Below are positions 23,860 through 33,274 of a stretch of DNA of 64,000 bases, one piece after another. The notes below the pieces were generated by a model. It was not told where the DNA came from and made no database searches. It saw only the letters and a program-made list of their open reading frames with translations. Made by a program: the position numbers and the translations under genes. Numbering within the stretch: position 1 is the stretch's first letter; every line of letters begins with the position of its first letter. Source of the DNA: Alphaproteobacteria bacterium (GTDB lineage Bacteria > Pseudomonadota > Alphaproteobacteria > UBA8366); NCBI GenBank assembly GCA_021774335.1, contig JAJFJD010000005.1, positions 17,632-81,631 on the forward strand, written 5' to 3'.

Positions 23860-25386
23860 ATGATGTACCGATCCGACCCTTACGCTTCGTCGCCGGGCGG
23901 TGTCCGGTCGATGCGGACCGACCCGACCTCGATGGACCGTGCTAATCAGGTCACCCGATCGGTTGTCGTGCTGCCTGGCGACGGTGTTGGTCCGGAACTC
24001 ATGCAAGCGGTGATGTGCGTGATCGACGAGGCTGGTGCCTCGGTCGATTGGCAGATTTGCGATGCCGGCGCCACCGTGTTCCGTGACGGCATCGCATCCG
24101 GCGTCCCGGATGAAACCCTGGACGCCGTCGAAAGCGCGGGCGTGGTCCTGAAGGGTCCGCTCGAAACGCCGGTCGGATACGGAGAGAAGAGCGCGAACGT
24201 CACGCTGCGCAAGCTATTCGAGCTTTACGCCAACATCCGTCCCATCCGAGCTTTGCCGGGAATCGCGACACCCTATAGTGGGCGCGACATCGACTTCGTG
24301 GTCGTTCGCGAAAATGTAGAGGATCTCTACGCCGGCATCGAACATATGCAAACGCCGGATGTGGCGCAGTGCCTCAAGCTGATCTCCCGAAAGGGCAGTG
24401 AGAAGATCGCACGGCTTGCTTTCGCCCTGGCGCGGGCCGAAGACCGGCACAAGGTCGAATGCGCGACCAAGGCGAACATCCTGAAATTGACCGAAGGACT
24501 TTTCAAATCGACCTTCGAATCGGTCGCGGCCGATCATACCCAATTCGAATCCGGTCATCTGATGGTCGATACCTGCGCCCACAAGATGGTGGTCGCGCCT
24601 GAAGACTTCGATGTTCTCGTGACCACCAACATGAATGGCGACATCCTGAGTAACCTTGCCGCGGGTCTGGTCGGCGGCCTCGGCCTTGCGCCGAGCGCGA
24701 ACCTTGGGCGCGATGTCGCGATTTTCGAGGCGGTTCACGGATCGGCACCCGATATTGCCGGGCAAGGTCTCGCCAATCCCACCGCGCTGCTTCTGTCCGC
24801 CGTTCTGATGATGCGTCATATCGGGCAACACGAGGTGGCCGATGTCGTGGAGAATGCATTGTATCGCACTCTGGAAGACGGGACGCATCTCACCGCGGAT
24901 ATTGCGCGCGACGCCGACCCGGTCGGCACGGATGTCTTCGCCGGCGCGGTGCTCGATAACTTTGGGCGGTCCGCCCGGCAATTGGAGAACCGGACGTATA
25001 GCCCATTGCGGATGCCGGATGTCGTGCACGGGCCGTTGGGCGAGGTATCCCGCGACTTGACCGGCGTCGATGTCTTCGTCGAGTGGAAGGGGAACGCGGA
25101 CGCCTTGGGGCAAAGCCTGGAGACGGCGATTTTCGCATCGGGCTTCCGGCTTTCAATGATTTCCAACCGCGGCACCAAGGTTTATCCCGGCCGGATCGGA
25201 TACACGGAAACCGTGAACCATTGGCGTTGCCGGTTCGCCTGGACCGAGCGCGATTGGTCCTGTGTCGATGCCGAAATCCTCGGCCTCCTCAACCGCATCG
25301 GCGAAATCCATCGTTGGATGCATGTGGAAAAGCTACAGCATTTTGACGGAACGCCCGGTTTCACGTTGGCACAAGGGGAGACCTAA
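23860..25386 (+). CDS. Isocitrate/isopropylmalate dehydrogenase-family enzyme, long form with C-terminal extension (NAD(P)-IDH-like)
   Basis: VVLPGDGVGPELM, NIRPIR, DFVVVRENVEDLYAG, NMNGDILSNLAAGLVGGLGLAPSAN and EAVHGSAPDIAG are family motifs. An extra roughly 140-aa C-terminal domain is present. GGAG lies 8 nt before the ATG at 23860. Confidence 0.85.
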   Translation: MMYRSDPYASSPGGVRSMRTDPTSMDRANQVTRSVVVLPGDGVGPELMQAVMCVIDEAGASVDWQICDAGATVFRDGIASGVPDETLDAVESAGVVLKGPLETPVGYGEKSANVTLRKLFELYANIRPIRALPGIATPYSGRDIDFVVVRENVEDLYAGIEHMQTPDVAQCLKLISRKGSEKIARLAFALARAEDRHKVECATKANILKLTEGLFKSTFESVAADHTQFESGHLMVDTCAHKMVVAPEDFDVLVTTNMNGDILSNLAAGLVGGLGLAPSANLGRDVAIFEAVHGSAPDIAGQGLANPTALLLSAVLMMRHIGQHEVADVVENALYRTLEDGTHLTADIARDADPVGTDVFAGAVLDNFGRSARQLENRTYSPLRMPDVVHGPLGEVSRDLTGVDVFVEWKGNADALGQSLETAIFASGFRLSMISNRGTKVYPGRIGYTETVNHWRCRFAWTERDWSCVDAEILGLLNRIGEIHRWMHVEKLQHFDGTPGFTLAQGET

Positions 25387-25640
25387 TGAGCGCGACCGTC
25401 ACGATGAGATTCGACCGGGACCGTTGGCCTGCTATCGTCCGGCGTTACGAACGCCTGATCCAGACGCACCGGCAACTCGAAGACCGGATCGGGCGCGAGT
25501 CGGTCGGCCCCGCCGTCAACGCCTTTGCGATGCAGGAGATGAAGCGGCGCAAGCTGCGGACCAAGGATTCGATTGCCGCAATCGAGCGCTTAATCGATCA
25601 GGCTGGTTCAGAAGGCGTGTTGAAGGCGCGTACTCTATAA
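25386..25640 (+). CDS. Small DUF465/YdcH-like protein
   Basis: The ATG overlaps the IDH stop codon (cctaATGa). Segment HRQLEDRI....MQEMKRRKLRTKDSI resembles the YdcH family (LKK.KL.LKD). Confidence 0.55.
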   Translation: MSATVTMRFDRDRWPAIVRRYERLIQTHRQLEDRIGRESVGPAVNAFAMQEMKRRKLRTKDSIAAIERLIDQAGSEGVLKARTL

Positions 25641-25851
25641 CAGACGTGCACCTTATTTGTAGGCGTCCGCCTTGATGCATGGCGGGCGCTGACGGCTTTC
25701 CGTCCTGTGTGCGCTGCGTGGCTCTGCTATAAAGTCGGCAGGACACCCGGAGAGTTGCCCTGAACAATATCCCAGTATCGATGGCCGGCCCGGCCCGCGA
25801 TTGCGAAGACCGTGGCGGGCGGGTCCGTTGCCGAATGACCACGAGCGCGCG

Positions 25852-27282
25852 ATGACCGAGGACGCAACCTCCGCTCGGTCTGGCTCGCGCGCGGCGCTAG
25901 GACTTTTCATCGTCGGTCTCGGGACGCTGACGGCGCCGCTCGATTCCTCGGTTAATATCGCGTTTCCGGCGATCACGCGCGCTTTCGGGGTGCCGCTCGA
26001 GGACATGCAATGGGTCGTCATCTGCTATGTGTTGATCTATTCGAGCCTGACCCTGGTGTTCGGCAAGATGGGCGACTTGGTCGGCCACCGGCGCATCTTC
26101 GGTATCGGATTGTTCGTGTCGGCAATTGCCTTCGCATTTTGCGGTGCGGCCGATACGTTCGTCGAATTGCTGTTGGCCCGTGCGCTGCAAGGTGTCGGCT
26201 CGGCGCTGGTGATCAGCTGTGGGCCGGCATTGGCGACGATGCTCTTCGCGGAGTCATTTCGCGCCCGCGCGCTTGGCATCTATACGATGGCATTCGGCCT
26301 CGGCGGGGTGATCGGGCCGTCGCTCGGCGGGTTGTTGATCGCGGAGTGGGGTTGGTCGGCGGTCTTCTGGTTTCGGGTTCCGTTGGCCGCGGTGACGCTG
26401 ATGCTGCTCTTCCTGTTGCCGCGGGCGCAACCGGGGGCGGGTTCCCGGTCCTTCGACATCGCTGGCGCAGCATTGCTGGTGGTCGGCCTCAGCACCTTTC
26501 TGCTTGCCATCAATCAGGCCCGGCATGTCGGTGCCGGGGAGCCCGTGGTGCCGGTCTTGCTTGGCCTTGCCGCGGTGGGTTGCTTTGCGGGTTTCTTCTG
26601 GCAGCAACGGCGTTCGCCTGAACCGATCCTGCATCCGAAATGGTTCCGGAACGCGGCGTTCACGGTCGTCAACGTGACGAATGTCATGGTCAACATGGTT
26701 GGCTTCGCCGTGATGTTCCTGGTGCCCTTCTATCTCGACCGGATGACCGACCTGTCCTTGGTGACGGCGGGTGCGGTGCTGGCAATGAGCCCCGCCGGCA
26801 TGGTGCTTGCCGGACCGACTGGCGGCTGGCTGCTTGACCGTATCGCCGCGCCGCGGTTGGCATTTGTCGGGGCGGTTTTGGTCGGAGTGGGATTGCTCGC
26901 CATTGGCCAATGGGGGACGACGACATTGATTGTAGTGATGGTCGCTGGCTTGGCGACGGTCGGGATCGGCTTCGGATTTTTCCAAGTCGCTTATATGGAA
27001 ATTGTTGCCGCGACCCTGCCGCTGCGCGAGCGCGGGGTCGCCGGCAGTCTCGCCATGGTAACGCGAACGATCGGCGTCGTCAGTGGCGCGACGGGCCTGG
27101 CCTTGGCCTTTACCGGCTTTACCCCGGTCGGCGCCGGGACGACAGGGGCGGACTTCCTGGCGCCGTTCGCGACGACTCTAACGGCGGCAGGCGCGCTGCT
27201 GCTTGTTTTCCTCGCCGTGACGCTGTTGCGGCCGCGCATCTGGTTCGCCGCATCCTGGCGTTCTTCGGATTCCTCGCGCTGA
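25852..27282 (+). CDS. MFS transporter, DHA2/EmrB-like (14-TMS type)
   Basis: Multiple hydrophobic helices. MFS motif A-like FGKMGDLVGHRRIF. Length fits the 14-TMS drug:H+ antiporter family. The start (M18 of the track ORF) is uncertain. Confidence 0.85.
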   Translation: MTEDATSARSGSRAALGLFIVGLGTLTAPLDSSVNIAFPAITRAFGVPLEDMQWVVICYVLIYSSLTLVFGKMGDLVGHRRIFGIGLFVSAIAFAFCGAADTFVELLLARALQGVGSALVISCGPALATMLFAESFRARALGIYTMAFGLGGVIGPSLGGLLIAEWGWSAVFWFRVPLAAVTLMLLFLLPRAQPGAGSRSFDIAGAALLVVGLSTFLLAINQARHVGAGEPVVPVLLGLAAVGCFAGFFWQQRRSPEPILHPKWFRNAAFTVVNVTNVMVNMVGFAVMFLVPFYLDRMTDLSLVTAGAVLAMSPAGMVLAGPTGGWLLDRIAAPRLAFVGAVLVGVGLLAIGQWGTTTLIVVMVAGLATVGIGFGFFQVAYMEIVAATLPLRERGVAGSLAMVTRTIGVVSGATGLALAFTGFTPVGAGTTGADFLAPFATTLTAAGALLLVFLAVTLLRPRIWFAASWRSSDSSR

Positions 27283-27325
27283 CAGGGCCAATCCTGCCAA
27301 TTGGATCTGAATTCATTTAGGTTTT

Positions 27326-27339
27326 TTGATCGACATCAA
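27326..27339. promoter_or_regulatory. Perfect FNR/FixK (Crp-Fnr family) box TTGATcgacATCAA
   Basis: Exact match to TTGAT-N4-ATCAA. Centred about 60 nt upstream of the ATG at 27392, a geometry compatible with a class II (-41.5) promoter. Confidence 0.6.
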
Positions 27340-27391
27340 AGCGTGCCGCCGGCGGATGTGCCTATGGTTGCCCATAGAATGGGAGGAAACC

Positions 27392-28117
27392 ATGCCGCTC
27401 AAGGAATCCAACGCCCAAAAATATCATGATGCCGCCTGTGCCTACTGCCCGTCGACCGTGCGTGCGTGCCGGCAAGGCGAGTCCGCGAAACGCGGCCCCG
27501 GCTACTGCCCCTCCAAGGTCGCGCAGGACGCCATCGATACCGCCGCAGAGAAATACGCAGATCCGTTTACCCGCCAAATCGCTCAGGAATCCGCGCGCGT
27601 CGAAAGCGAGGGATACTGTCGCTGGACCCGGGTCGAAGAAGTCTGCCAATTCGCGAAGAAGATGGGCTTCAAAAAAATCGGGATCGCGACCTGTATTAGT
27701 TTCGTCGATCAGGCGCGTGTCCTGACGGGAATCCTCGAAAGCCATGGCTTCGAAGTGGCATCCGCCGCCTGCAAGAACGGGAGTGTCGGGAAAGAGGAGA
27801 TCGGCCTGAAGGATTCCGAGAAAATCCGGCCCGGCGGGCATGAATCCATGTGCAACCCGGTGTCCCAGGCGGAATTGCTGAACGAGGCCGGCTGCGAGTT
27901 CAATGTGGTGCTCGGGTTGTGCGTCGGTCACGACAGTTTGTTCTTCCAGCATTCGGACGGGCTCGTCACCACGCTCGTCGCGAAAGATCGCGTGCTTGCG
28001 CATAATCCGGTTGGCGCCTTGATGCTGGCGGATTCGTATTACGACCGCGTTTGGGGGCCGGACCGCCCGGAGAAACCGCACAAGCTTCCGAAAGAAGGAC
28101 GCAAAGACACACGCTGA
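27392..28117 (+). CDS. DUF1847-family Cys-rich metal-binding protein
   Basis: GGGAGG SD. CAYCPSTVRAC...GYCPSK plus NVVLGLCVGHDSLFFQHSD are as I recall for DUF1847. Start moved to M23. Confidence 0.75.
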   Translation: MPLKESNAQKYHDAACAYCPSTVRACRQGESAKRGPGYCPSKVAQDAIDTAAEKYADPFTRQIAQESARVESEGYCRWTRVEEVCQFAKKMGFKKIGIATCISFVDQARVLTGILESHGFEVASAACKNGSVGKEEIGLKDSEKIRPGGHESMCNPVSQAELLNEAGCEFNVVLGLCVGHDSLFFQHSDGLVTTLVAKDRVLAHNPVGALMLADSYYDRVWGPDRPEKPHKLPKEGRKDTR

Positions 28118-28149
28118 GCGGAACCGTCCGTTCGGGAAAAGGAGAGCGA

Positions 28150-28941
28150 ATGCCGGAACAGCAATTGGGAGGAGGCGCGCTCAAAGCGCTGGCGGAACGG
28201 CTCACTGCCTTGCTGAGTTTGCGCACATTGCCGATCGGCATGAAGCTGTTCGACGATCAGGCTGAAATGGAAGCCGTGCCCCGTTTGCGGCGGCCCAAGG
28301 CCGGCGTTCGGCACACGATGTGTCAGCTCGTGACGCATAGCCGCGTGGCCGGGTTGACCCTTGGGATCACGGCCGAAAATCTTCAATCCGATAGCAACTG
28401 CGCCGGTGTGCCCGGCCTGTGCCAGCCGTCGCCGCAATACTTGTCCGGCGAACGCTTTACGGGCGTGTGGTTCGAAAATCAAGAGGCTGCGCGCCAGCAT
28501 CAGGCGCAGATGACCCGGGTGCCGCCGGACCGTTTTGCCGGTGTTGTCATTTCACCTTTGCGGGCGGCTCGGCTCGATCCGCCGGACATCGCACTGTTCT
28601 ATGCGACGCCAGGTCAGATGATCCTGTTCATCAACGGCCTGCAATGGAAAACCTACCGGCGGTACGACTTTACGATCACCGGCGAGACGGCGTGCTCCGA
28701 TTCATGGGGCCGCGCGCTTGCGACCCGGGAGACCAGCTTGTCGATTCCGTGCTTCGCTGAGCGGCGATACGGTGGCGTGGCGGACGATGAACTGCTCATG
28801 GCGCTGCCGCCGGAGGAGTTGGCCCGGGGTATCGAGGGGATGGAGGGGCTCAGCCGCTCCGGCATACGCTATCCGATCATGCCGTACGGGCCGCAGGCCG
28901 ACCCTGCCGATGGCATGGCCGTGAGTTATGGAGACCAGTAG
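28150..28941 (+). CDS. DUF169-family protein
   Basis: AAGGAGAG SD. LPIGMKLF....HTMCQLV...NCAG...LFYATPGQMILFINGLQW...ETACSDSWG pattern resembles DUF169. Start moved to M34. Confidence 0.75.
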   Translation: MPEQQLGGGALKALAERLTALLSLRTLPIGMKLFDDQAEMEAVPRLRRPKAGVRHTMCQLVTHSRVAGLTLGITAENLQSDSNCAGVPGLCQPSPQYLSGERFTGVWFENQEAARQHQAQMTRVPPDRFAGVVISPLRAARLDPPDIALFYATPGQMILFINGLQWKTYRRYDFTITGETACSDSWGRALATRETSLSIPCFAERRYGGVADDELLMALPPEELARGIEGMEGLSRSGIRYPIMPYGPQADPADGMAVSYGDQ

Positions 28942-29007
28942 GTCTGGTGACCCTGTGACACCGACATCCGGCACCGTCGCATAGCACGTTAATTTGGGAG
29001 GATCGAT

Positions 29008-29952
29008 ATGGGAAAAAACCTTATCACCGGATCGTTTGTCGCGCTGATCACGCCGATGAACAACGACTACTCGATCGACATGGGTGGATTCGACACCCTC
29101 TTGGATTTTCAGCGCGACGCCGGCACGTCGGCCGTCCTCATCATGGGGTCGTCGGGCGAAGTGTCGATGCTGACCCCAGAGGAACGGCATCGCATCGTGG
29201 CGGAAACCATGCCGATGAGAAAAGGAACCATGGAGCACTGGTATGGCTGCACCGGGTCGACCACCGAGGCGACGATCGACTATGTCACCCAGGCCGCGGG
29301 GGAGGGCGCAGACGGTGCGGTCATCGCGGCACCTGCCTATATCTGTGCCTCGACGAAGGATATTGTCCGCTTCTTCCTCGATGTTGCCGACGCATCGCCG
29401 ATCCCGATTGGCATCTACAACAATCCGCCGCGGGTCCAGACCGATCTTTCCGCCGAGGAGATCCTGGAAATCGCCGCGCATCCCAACGTGAGGGTGAACA
29501 AGGAATCGACCGGCCGTGTCGGGCAGGTCGGAAAGGTCTGCGCCGCCAACCCGGACATTTCGATCATGTGCTGCTGTTCGCCCAATCTCGGCCTTGTCGT
29601 GCCGACCATGGCGCTGGGCGGGCACGGCACCGCCAACATGACCGGCAACATCATCCCGCGGGAGATGGTCGAGATTTCGACGCCCTGGGACGACCCGGCA
29701 CAGTCGGCGCGGTTCCGGGAGGCGTATCTGAAAAACCTGCCGATGCTGCATTTCGCCTATTCGGCGATCAATCCGGTGCCTGCAAAATCGCTCCTCGCAG
29801 CGGTCGGCATGCCGGCCGGTCCGCTGCGGCGTCCACTCGCGGCGCTCTCCGGCGAGCATCTCGCGCAGGGGCTGCGACTGGTCTGCGAGCTGGGGCTTGA
29901 GGAAAAATACGGATACCGCGTGCCGGATTCCCTGATGCTGGCGGCTGAATAG
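29008..29952 (+). CDS. Dihydrodipicolinate synthase/N-acetylneuraminate lyase family aldolase (DapA-like)
   Basis: GGGAGG SD. GSFVALITPM, IMGSSGEVSMLTPEER, IGIYNNPPR and VRVNKEST (Schiff-base Lys region). Confidence 0.85.
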   Translation: MGKNLITGSFVALITPMNNDYSIDMGGFDTLLDFQRDAGTSAVLIMGSSGEVSMLTPEERHRIVAETMPMRKGTMEHWYGCTGSTTEATIDYVTQAAGEGADGAVIAAPAYICASTKDIVRFFLDVADASPIPIGIYNNPPRVQTDLSAEEILEIAAHPNVRVNKESTGRVGQVGKVCAANPDISIMCCCSPNLGLVVPTMALGGHGTANMTGNIIPREMVEISTPWDDPAQSARFREAYLKNLPMLHFAYSAINPVPAKSLLAAVGMPAGPLRRPLAALSGEHLAQGLRLVCELGLEEKYGYRVPDSLMLAAE

Positions 29953-30100
29953 CCTTTCGGTTCGACGATTCGCTCCGTTTGCGCGCCGGATTTTTCCGCC
30001 GGCGCGTCCGCCCGTGTTTGTCGCAGGACCTGAATAGCGGGACAATGCCGAAGCGCGGCTTCGCGGCGGCGGCAATCTTAGGGCACGGGAGGACACCGAC

Positions 30101-31018
30101 TTGGCTATCGAATACGAGAAACGCGACGGCGTCGCGTACATCACGATCAACAATATCGACAAGGCGAACATACTCGACAAGGCGACGTCGGATGACATCT
30201 CGGCCGCCTGGATCGATCTTTGGGAAGACCGGGACATCCGTTGCGGTATCGTGACGGGCGCCGGCGACCGGCACTTCTGCGGCGGCCATAACCTCGCGCC
30301 GCGCCCCGACCTCACCGACGACGACCGCGAGTATCTGCGGACCAACCGCATATACTGGCCGCTGGCGGGCACCGTGCACGGCCAGCAGACCGGCGTCGAT
30401 GGCCGGATGGGTGATCACTATCCGCGGGTGTGGAAACCGATCATCGCGGCGGTAAACGGCTGGGCGGCGGGTGCGGGCCTATACCTGCTGCTGGCATCGA
30501 CCGATATTCGGATCGCCAGCGCCGAACACGCACGGTTCAAGTTCGCCCTGTTGACGCAGGGCTGGCTTGGCCATGGTCCAGGGGCCAGCCTGCTGATCCA
30601 GCAACTCCGCTACATCGACGCGATGAAGGTCCTTCTGACCGACGAGCCGTTCGACGCAGAGGAAGCCTTGCGCATCGGATTGATCAACGAAGTGGCCCCC
30701 CATGCCGAGTTGATGGAACGGGCGGAGAGGATGGCCCGCCACATCGTGAAGATGCCCCCCGTCGCCGTTCGGATGATGAAGGAATTCGTCGTCCGTTTCG
30801 GCAACCTGCCGACCGATCAAGCCTGGCATGTTCAGAACCTGATCAACTCGATGCTGATTCAGACCACCGTCGACGGTGAGGAGGGCCGAGAGGCGTTCAA
30901 TGAAAAACGGCCGCCCAACTTTACCGGTGCGTTGCGGCGGCGCGGCGAGGCGTGGGACGAATTGTCGGAAGAAGAAGCGAAACGCCTCGACGAGGCCTAT
31001 CGCAGCGGCGAATTCTGA
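30101..31018 (+). CDS. Enoyl-CoA hydratase/isomerase (crotonase) family protein
   Basis: TTG start with GGGAGGA 7 nt upstream. VAYITINN..KANIL, IVTGAGDRHFCGGHNL and KPIIAAVNGWAAGAGL are crotonase motifs. Confidence 0.85.
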   Translation: MAIEYEKRDGVAYITINNIDKANILDKATSDDISAAWIDLWEDRDIRCGIVTGAGDRHFCGGHNLAPRPDLTDDDREYLRTNRIYWPLAGTVHGQQTGVDGRMGDHYPRVWKPIIAAVNGWAAGAGLYLLLASTDIRIASAEHARFKFALLTQGWLGHGPGASLLIQQLRYIDAMKVLLTDEPFDAEEALRIGLINEVAPHAELMERAERMARHIVKMPPVAVRMMKEFVVRFGNLPTDQAWHVQNLINSMLIQTTVDGEEGREAFNEKRPPNFTGALRRRGEAWDELSEEEAKRLDEAYRSGEF

Positions 31019-31029
31019 GCCTGCAGGTT

Positions 31030-33207
31030 TCAGCCGAGGGCGCCGGCGCGCCGCAGGTCGGCAATCCGGTCGTCCGGCAGTCCAAGCACGTCCCGCAAGA
31101 CATCGTCGGTATCGGCCCCGAGCGCCGGGGCCAAGCCGGTCTTCCGGCCGAAACTCGTCTGCCACGGCAAACCGGGCAGAACGCCGGTTTCGTAGGTGTC
31201 CCAGAAATCGCGATCGTTGAGATGCGGGTCGTCAATAAGGTCGCGTGACGTTGCGAGCGCGGCGGCCGGAACACCCGCCTCCGTCAAAGCGGCGGCGGCC
31301 TTTTGTGCAGGTAATGGGCGAGCCCATTCGGCAAGGGCGTCGTCGATGGCGTCGCGCGCAGCCAGCCGAACCTGCAGACCGTAGTCTGCCATCGAGGAAA
31401 GCGCCGGCACGACCGCGCAGAGGTTCTGCCATTCCTTTTCCTGGATCACCGCGACGGCGATCCAGTCGTCTTCGCCAGCACAGCGATACGCATTATGCGG
31501 TGCGGCCTGCGGGGTGAAGTTTCCGGCCGATTGCGGCGGCGCGCCGAGCTGTGTCGCCAGCAGTGGCTGCGCCATGGTCCAGAGCATGGCCTCGATCATT
31601 GAGAAGTCGATCCGAACGCCGCGTCCGCCGTTGCTCTTCCGCCAGAGCGCGGCGGCCACGACGAAGGGCAGCATGAGGCCGCACATGGGGTCGAGCCACG
31701 CAAAGCCGATGCGCGGCGGGTTCTCCGGATGACGGTTAAGGCCGGCGAATCCGGCATAGCATTGCAGCAGTGTTCCATAGGCGACCGCGCCCGATTCCGG
31801 ACCGGTCCGTCCGAGCCCCGAGGCCGAGAGGTAGACAAGGTCCGGATTCGCCGCCTGCAAATCCGTTGCACCGAGGCCAAGCCGCTCCATCACGCCGGTC
31901 GCGAAATTCTCGATCAACACGTCGGATTGCGCGGCGAGGGCCGTCGCGATCTCGACTGCATCCGGATTCTTCAGGTTGAGGACGATGCCTTTCTTTGCCT
32001 GGCCCAATACCGTGTGCAGTTCCGAGGTGCGGCCGGGATCTCCCCGGCCCGGCGCCTCGACCTTGATGACCTCCGCGCCCATGGCGGCGAGATGCCGTGT
32101 CGCGGTCGGCCCGGCGATGACCCAACTGAAGTCCAGGACCCGGATGCCCGACAACGGCAGTGGGCCCGACGGTGAAGACGGCTCGGGAGGCGTTGCCGCT
32201 TCGTCGCAATAGGCAAGCTTGAATGGTGCAGACGGTGTTTTCACCGTCTGGCCACCGAGGTCGAGCGGCGCATAAAAGTCGCGGTGTGCGAGCTGCGGCG
32301 AATCGAGTTGCTCGGCCGGTTCGCGCAGTGGAAAGCTCGGCACATGCGCCGCTTGCGCGGTGTCGGCGATCCACTGCTTGTCGTGGCGGCGGCTCCATTC
32401 AGACATGTGGGCGTGCAGTGCGTCCCAGTTTTCGACGCGGTCCGGTTTCGTGGCGAAGCGCGGGTCGCCGCCCCAGTCTGGGTTGCCCATCGCCTCGAGC
32501 CAGGCCGCCCATTGGCGATCCTCGCGCGGCGAAATAGCCGTGTAGCCATCCTTGGCGGGAAGGATCGTGACCGTCGCCCCGTTGCCGTCTCTCACGCGTT
32601 TGCGGGACCAGCTATTCCCGGTGAGGCCCGCGCGCGCCAGTTCAGTAATCGCCAGCGTTGCGAGCACTTCCTGGATTGAGATGTCGACCGTCGCGTCGCC
32701 ACCGGGGAACAGGACTGCATGCATGCCGGCACAGGCCGCGGCGACGCCGCCGAGAAATGCCGACTGCTCCCCGACTGGATGCATCGGCGGTTCGGCCAGG
32801 TCGGTCACCTGCCCGGTCAACAGGCGCGCCATGCCGCTGGCGTAGAAAAGCGTCAGGTCGGCGGCCGGGTCGCCGGCGCGGGGGCCGGCCTGTCCGAAAT
32901 TCGAGATCAGAACGATCGCCGCGGTCTTATTCGTATCGCGCAGACTGTCGGTGTCGCGGCCCTGGTCGCGGAGATCGCCGGGCGCGCCTTCGCACACGAT
33001 CAGGTCGGCTGCGGTAATTGCCGAGTTTGCTGCCGCCTCATCATCGGCGGTCGGTTTCCCGGCATTCAAGTAGATTTCGAGTGGGGTCGATAGTGCCGCA
33101 TCGACGGTGGTGACGATGGCGCCCGCATCTGCGAGCAGGCGCCCGCAGACCGCGGCGGCACGTCCGGGGCCGAGTTGCACCATGCGGAATCCCGCCAGCA
33201 GCGTCAT
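31030..33207 (-). CDS. Fused double family-III CoA-transferase (CaiB/BaiF-like), 725 aa
   Basis: Two tandem modules: an N-terminal FRMVQLGPGRAAAVCGRLLADAGA module and a second LSGIRVLDFSWVIAGPTATRHLAAMGAEVIKVE...ENF module. Start moved to M85 (AAAGGA SD). Confidence 0.85.
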   Translation of the reverse strand: MTLLAGFRMVQLGPGRAAAVCGRLLADAGAIVTTVDAALSTPLEIYLNAGKPTADDEAAANSAITAADLIVCEGAPGDLRDQGRDTDSLRDTNKTAAIVLISNFGQAGPRAGDPAADLTLFYASGMARLLTGQVTDLAEPPMHPVGEQSAFLGGVAAACAGMHAVLFPGGDATVDISIQEVLATLAITELARAGLTGNSWSRKRVRDGNGATVTILPAKDGYTAISPREDRQWAAWLEAMGNPDWGGDPRFATKPDRVENWDALHAHMSEWSRRHDKQWIADTAQAAHVPSFPLREPAEQLDSPQLAHRDFYAPLDLGGQTVKTPSAPFKLAYCDEAATPPEPSSPSGPLPLSGIRVLDFSWVIAGPTATRHLAAMGAEVIKVEAPGRGDPGRTSELHTVLGQAKKGIVLNLKNPDAVEIATALAAQSDVLIENFATGVMERLGLGATDLQAANPDLVYLSASGLGRTGPESGAVAYGTLLQCYAGFAGLNRHPENPPRIGFAWLDPMCGLMLPFVVAAALWRKSNGGRGVRIDFSMIEAMLWTMAQPLLATQLGAPPQSAGNFTPQAAPHNAYRCAGEDDWIAVAVIQEKEWQNLCAVVPALSSMADYGLQVRLAARDAIDDALAEWARPLPAQKAAAALTEAGVPAAALATSRDLIDDPHLNDRDFWDTYETGVLPGLPWQTSFGRKTGLAPALGADTDDVLRDVLGLPDDRIADLRRAGALG

Positions 33208-33274
33208 GCGCGCATCCTTTTCGGTTGGGGCGGATCGCGCGTTGCAAGGACGGTTCGATTCGATGGCGCGGGCC

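Noticed and set aside
28702-30372. Very long ORFs lying antisense to well-supported genes. Examples: 28702..30372 (556 aa), 48291..49988, 58654..60159, 44334..45614, 45334..46425, 19645..20703, 24214..25113, 98..1024, 8138..8917, 63023..63844 and 38776..40677.
   Set aside because: Their translations are Arg/Gly/Pro/Ala-rich and low in complexity, with no motifs. The opposite strand in each case encodes a protein with clear family signatures. This pattern is typical of stop-codon-poor shadow frames in high-GC DNA.
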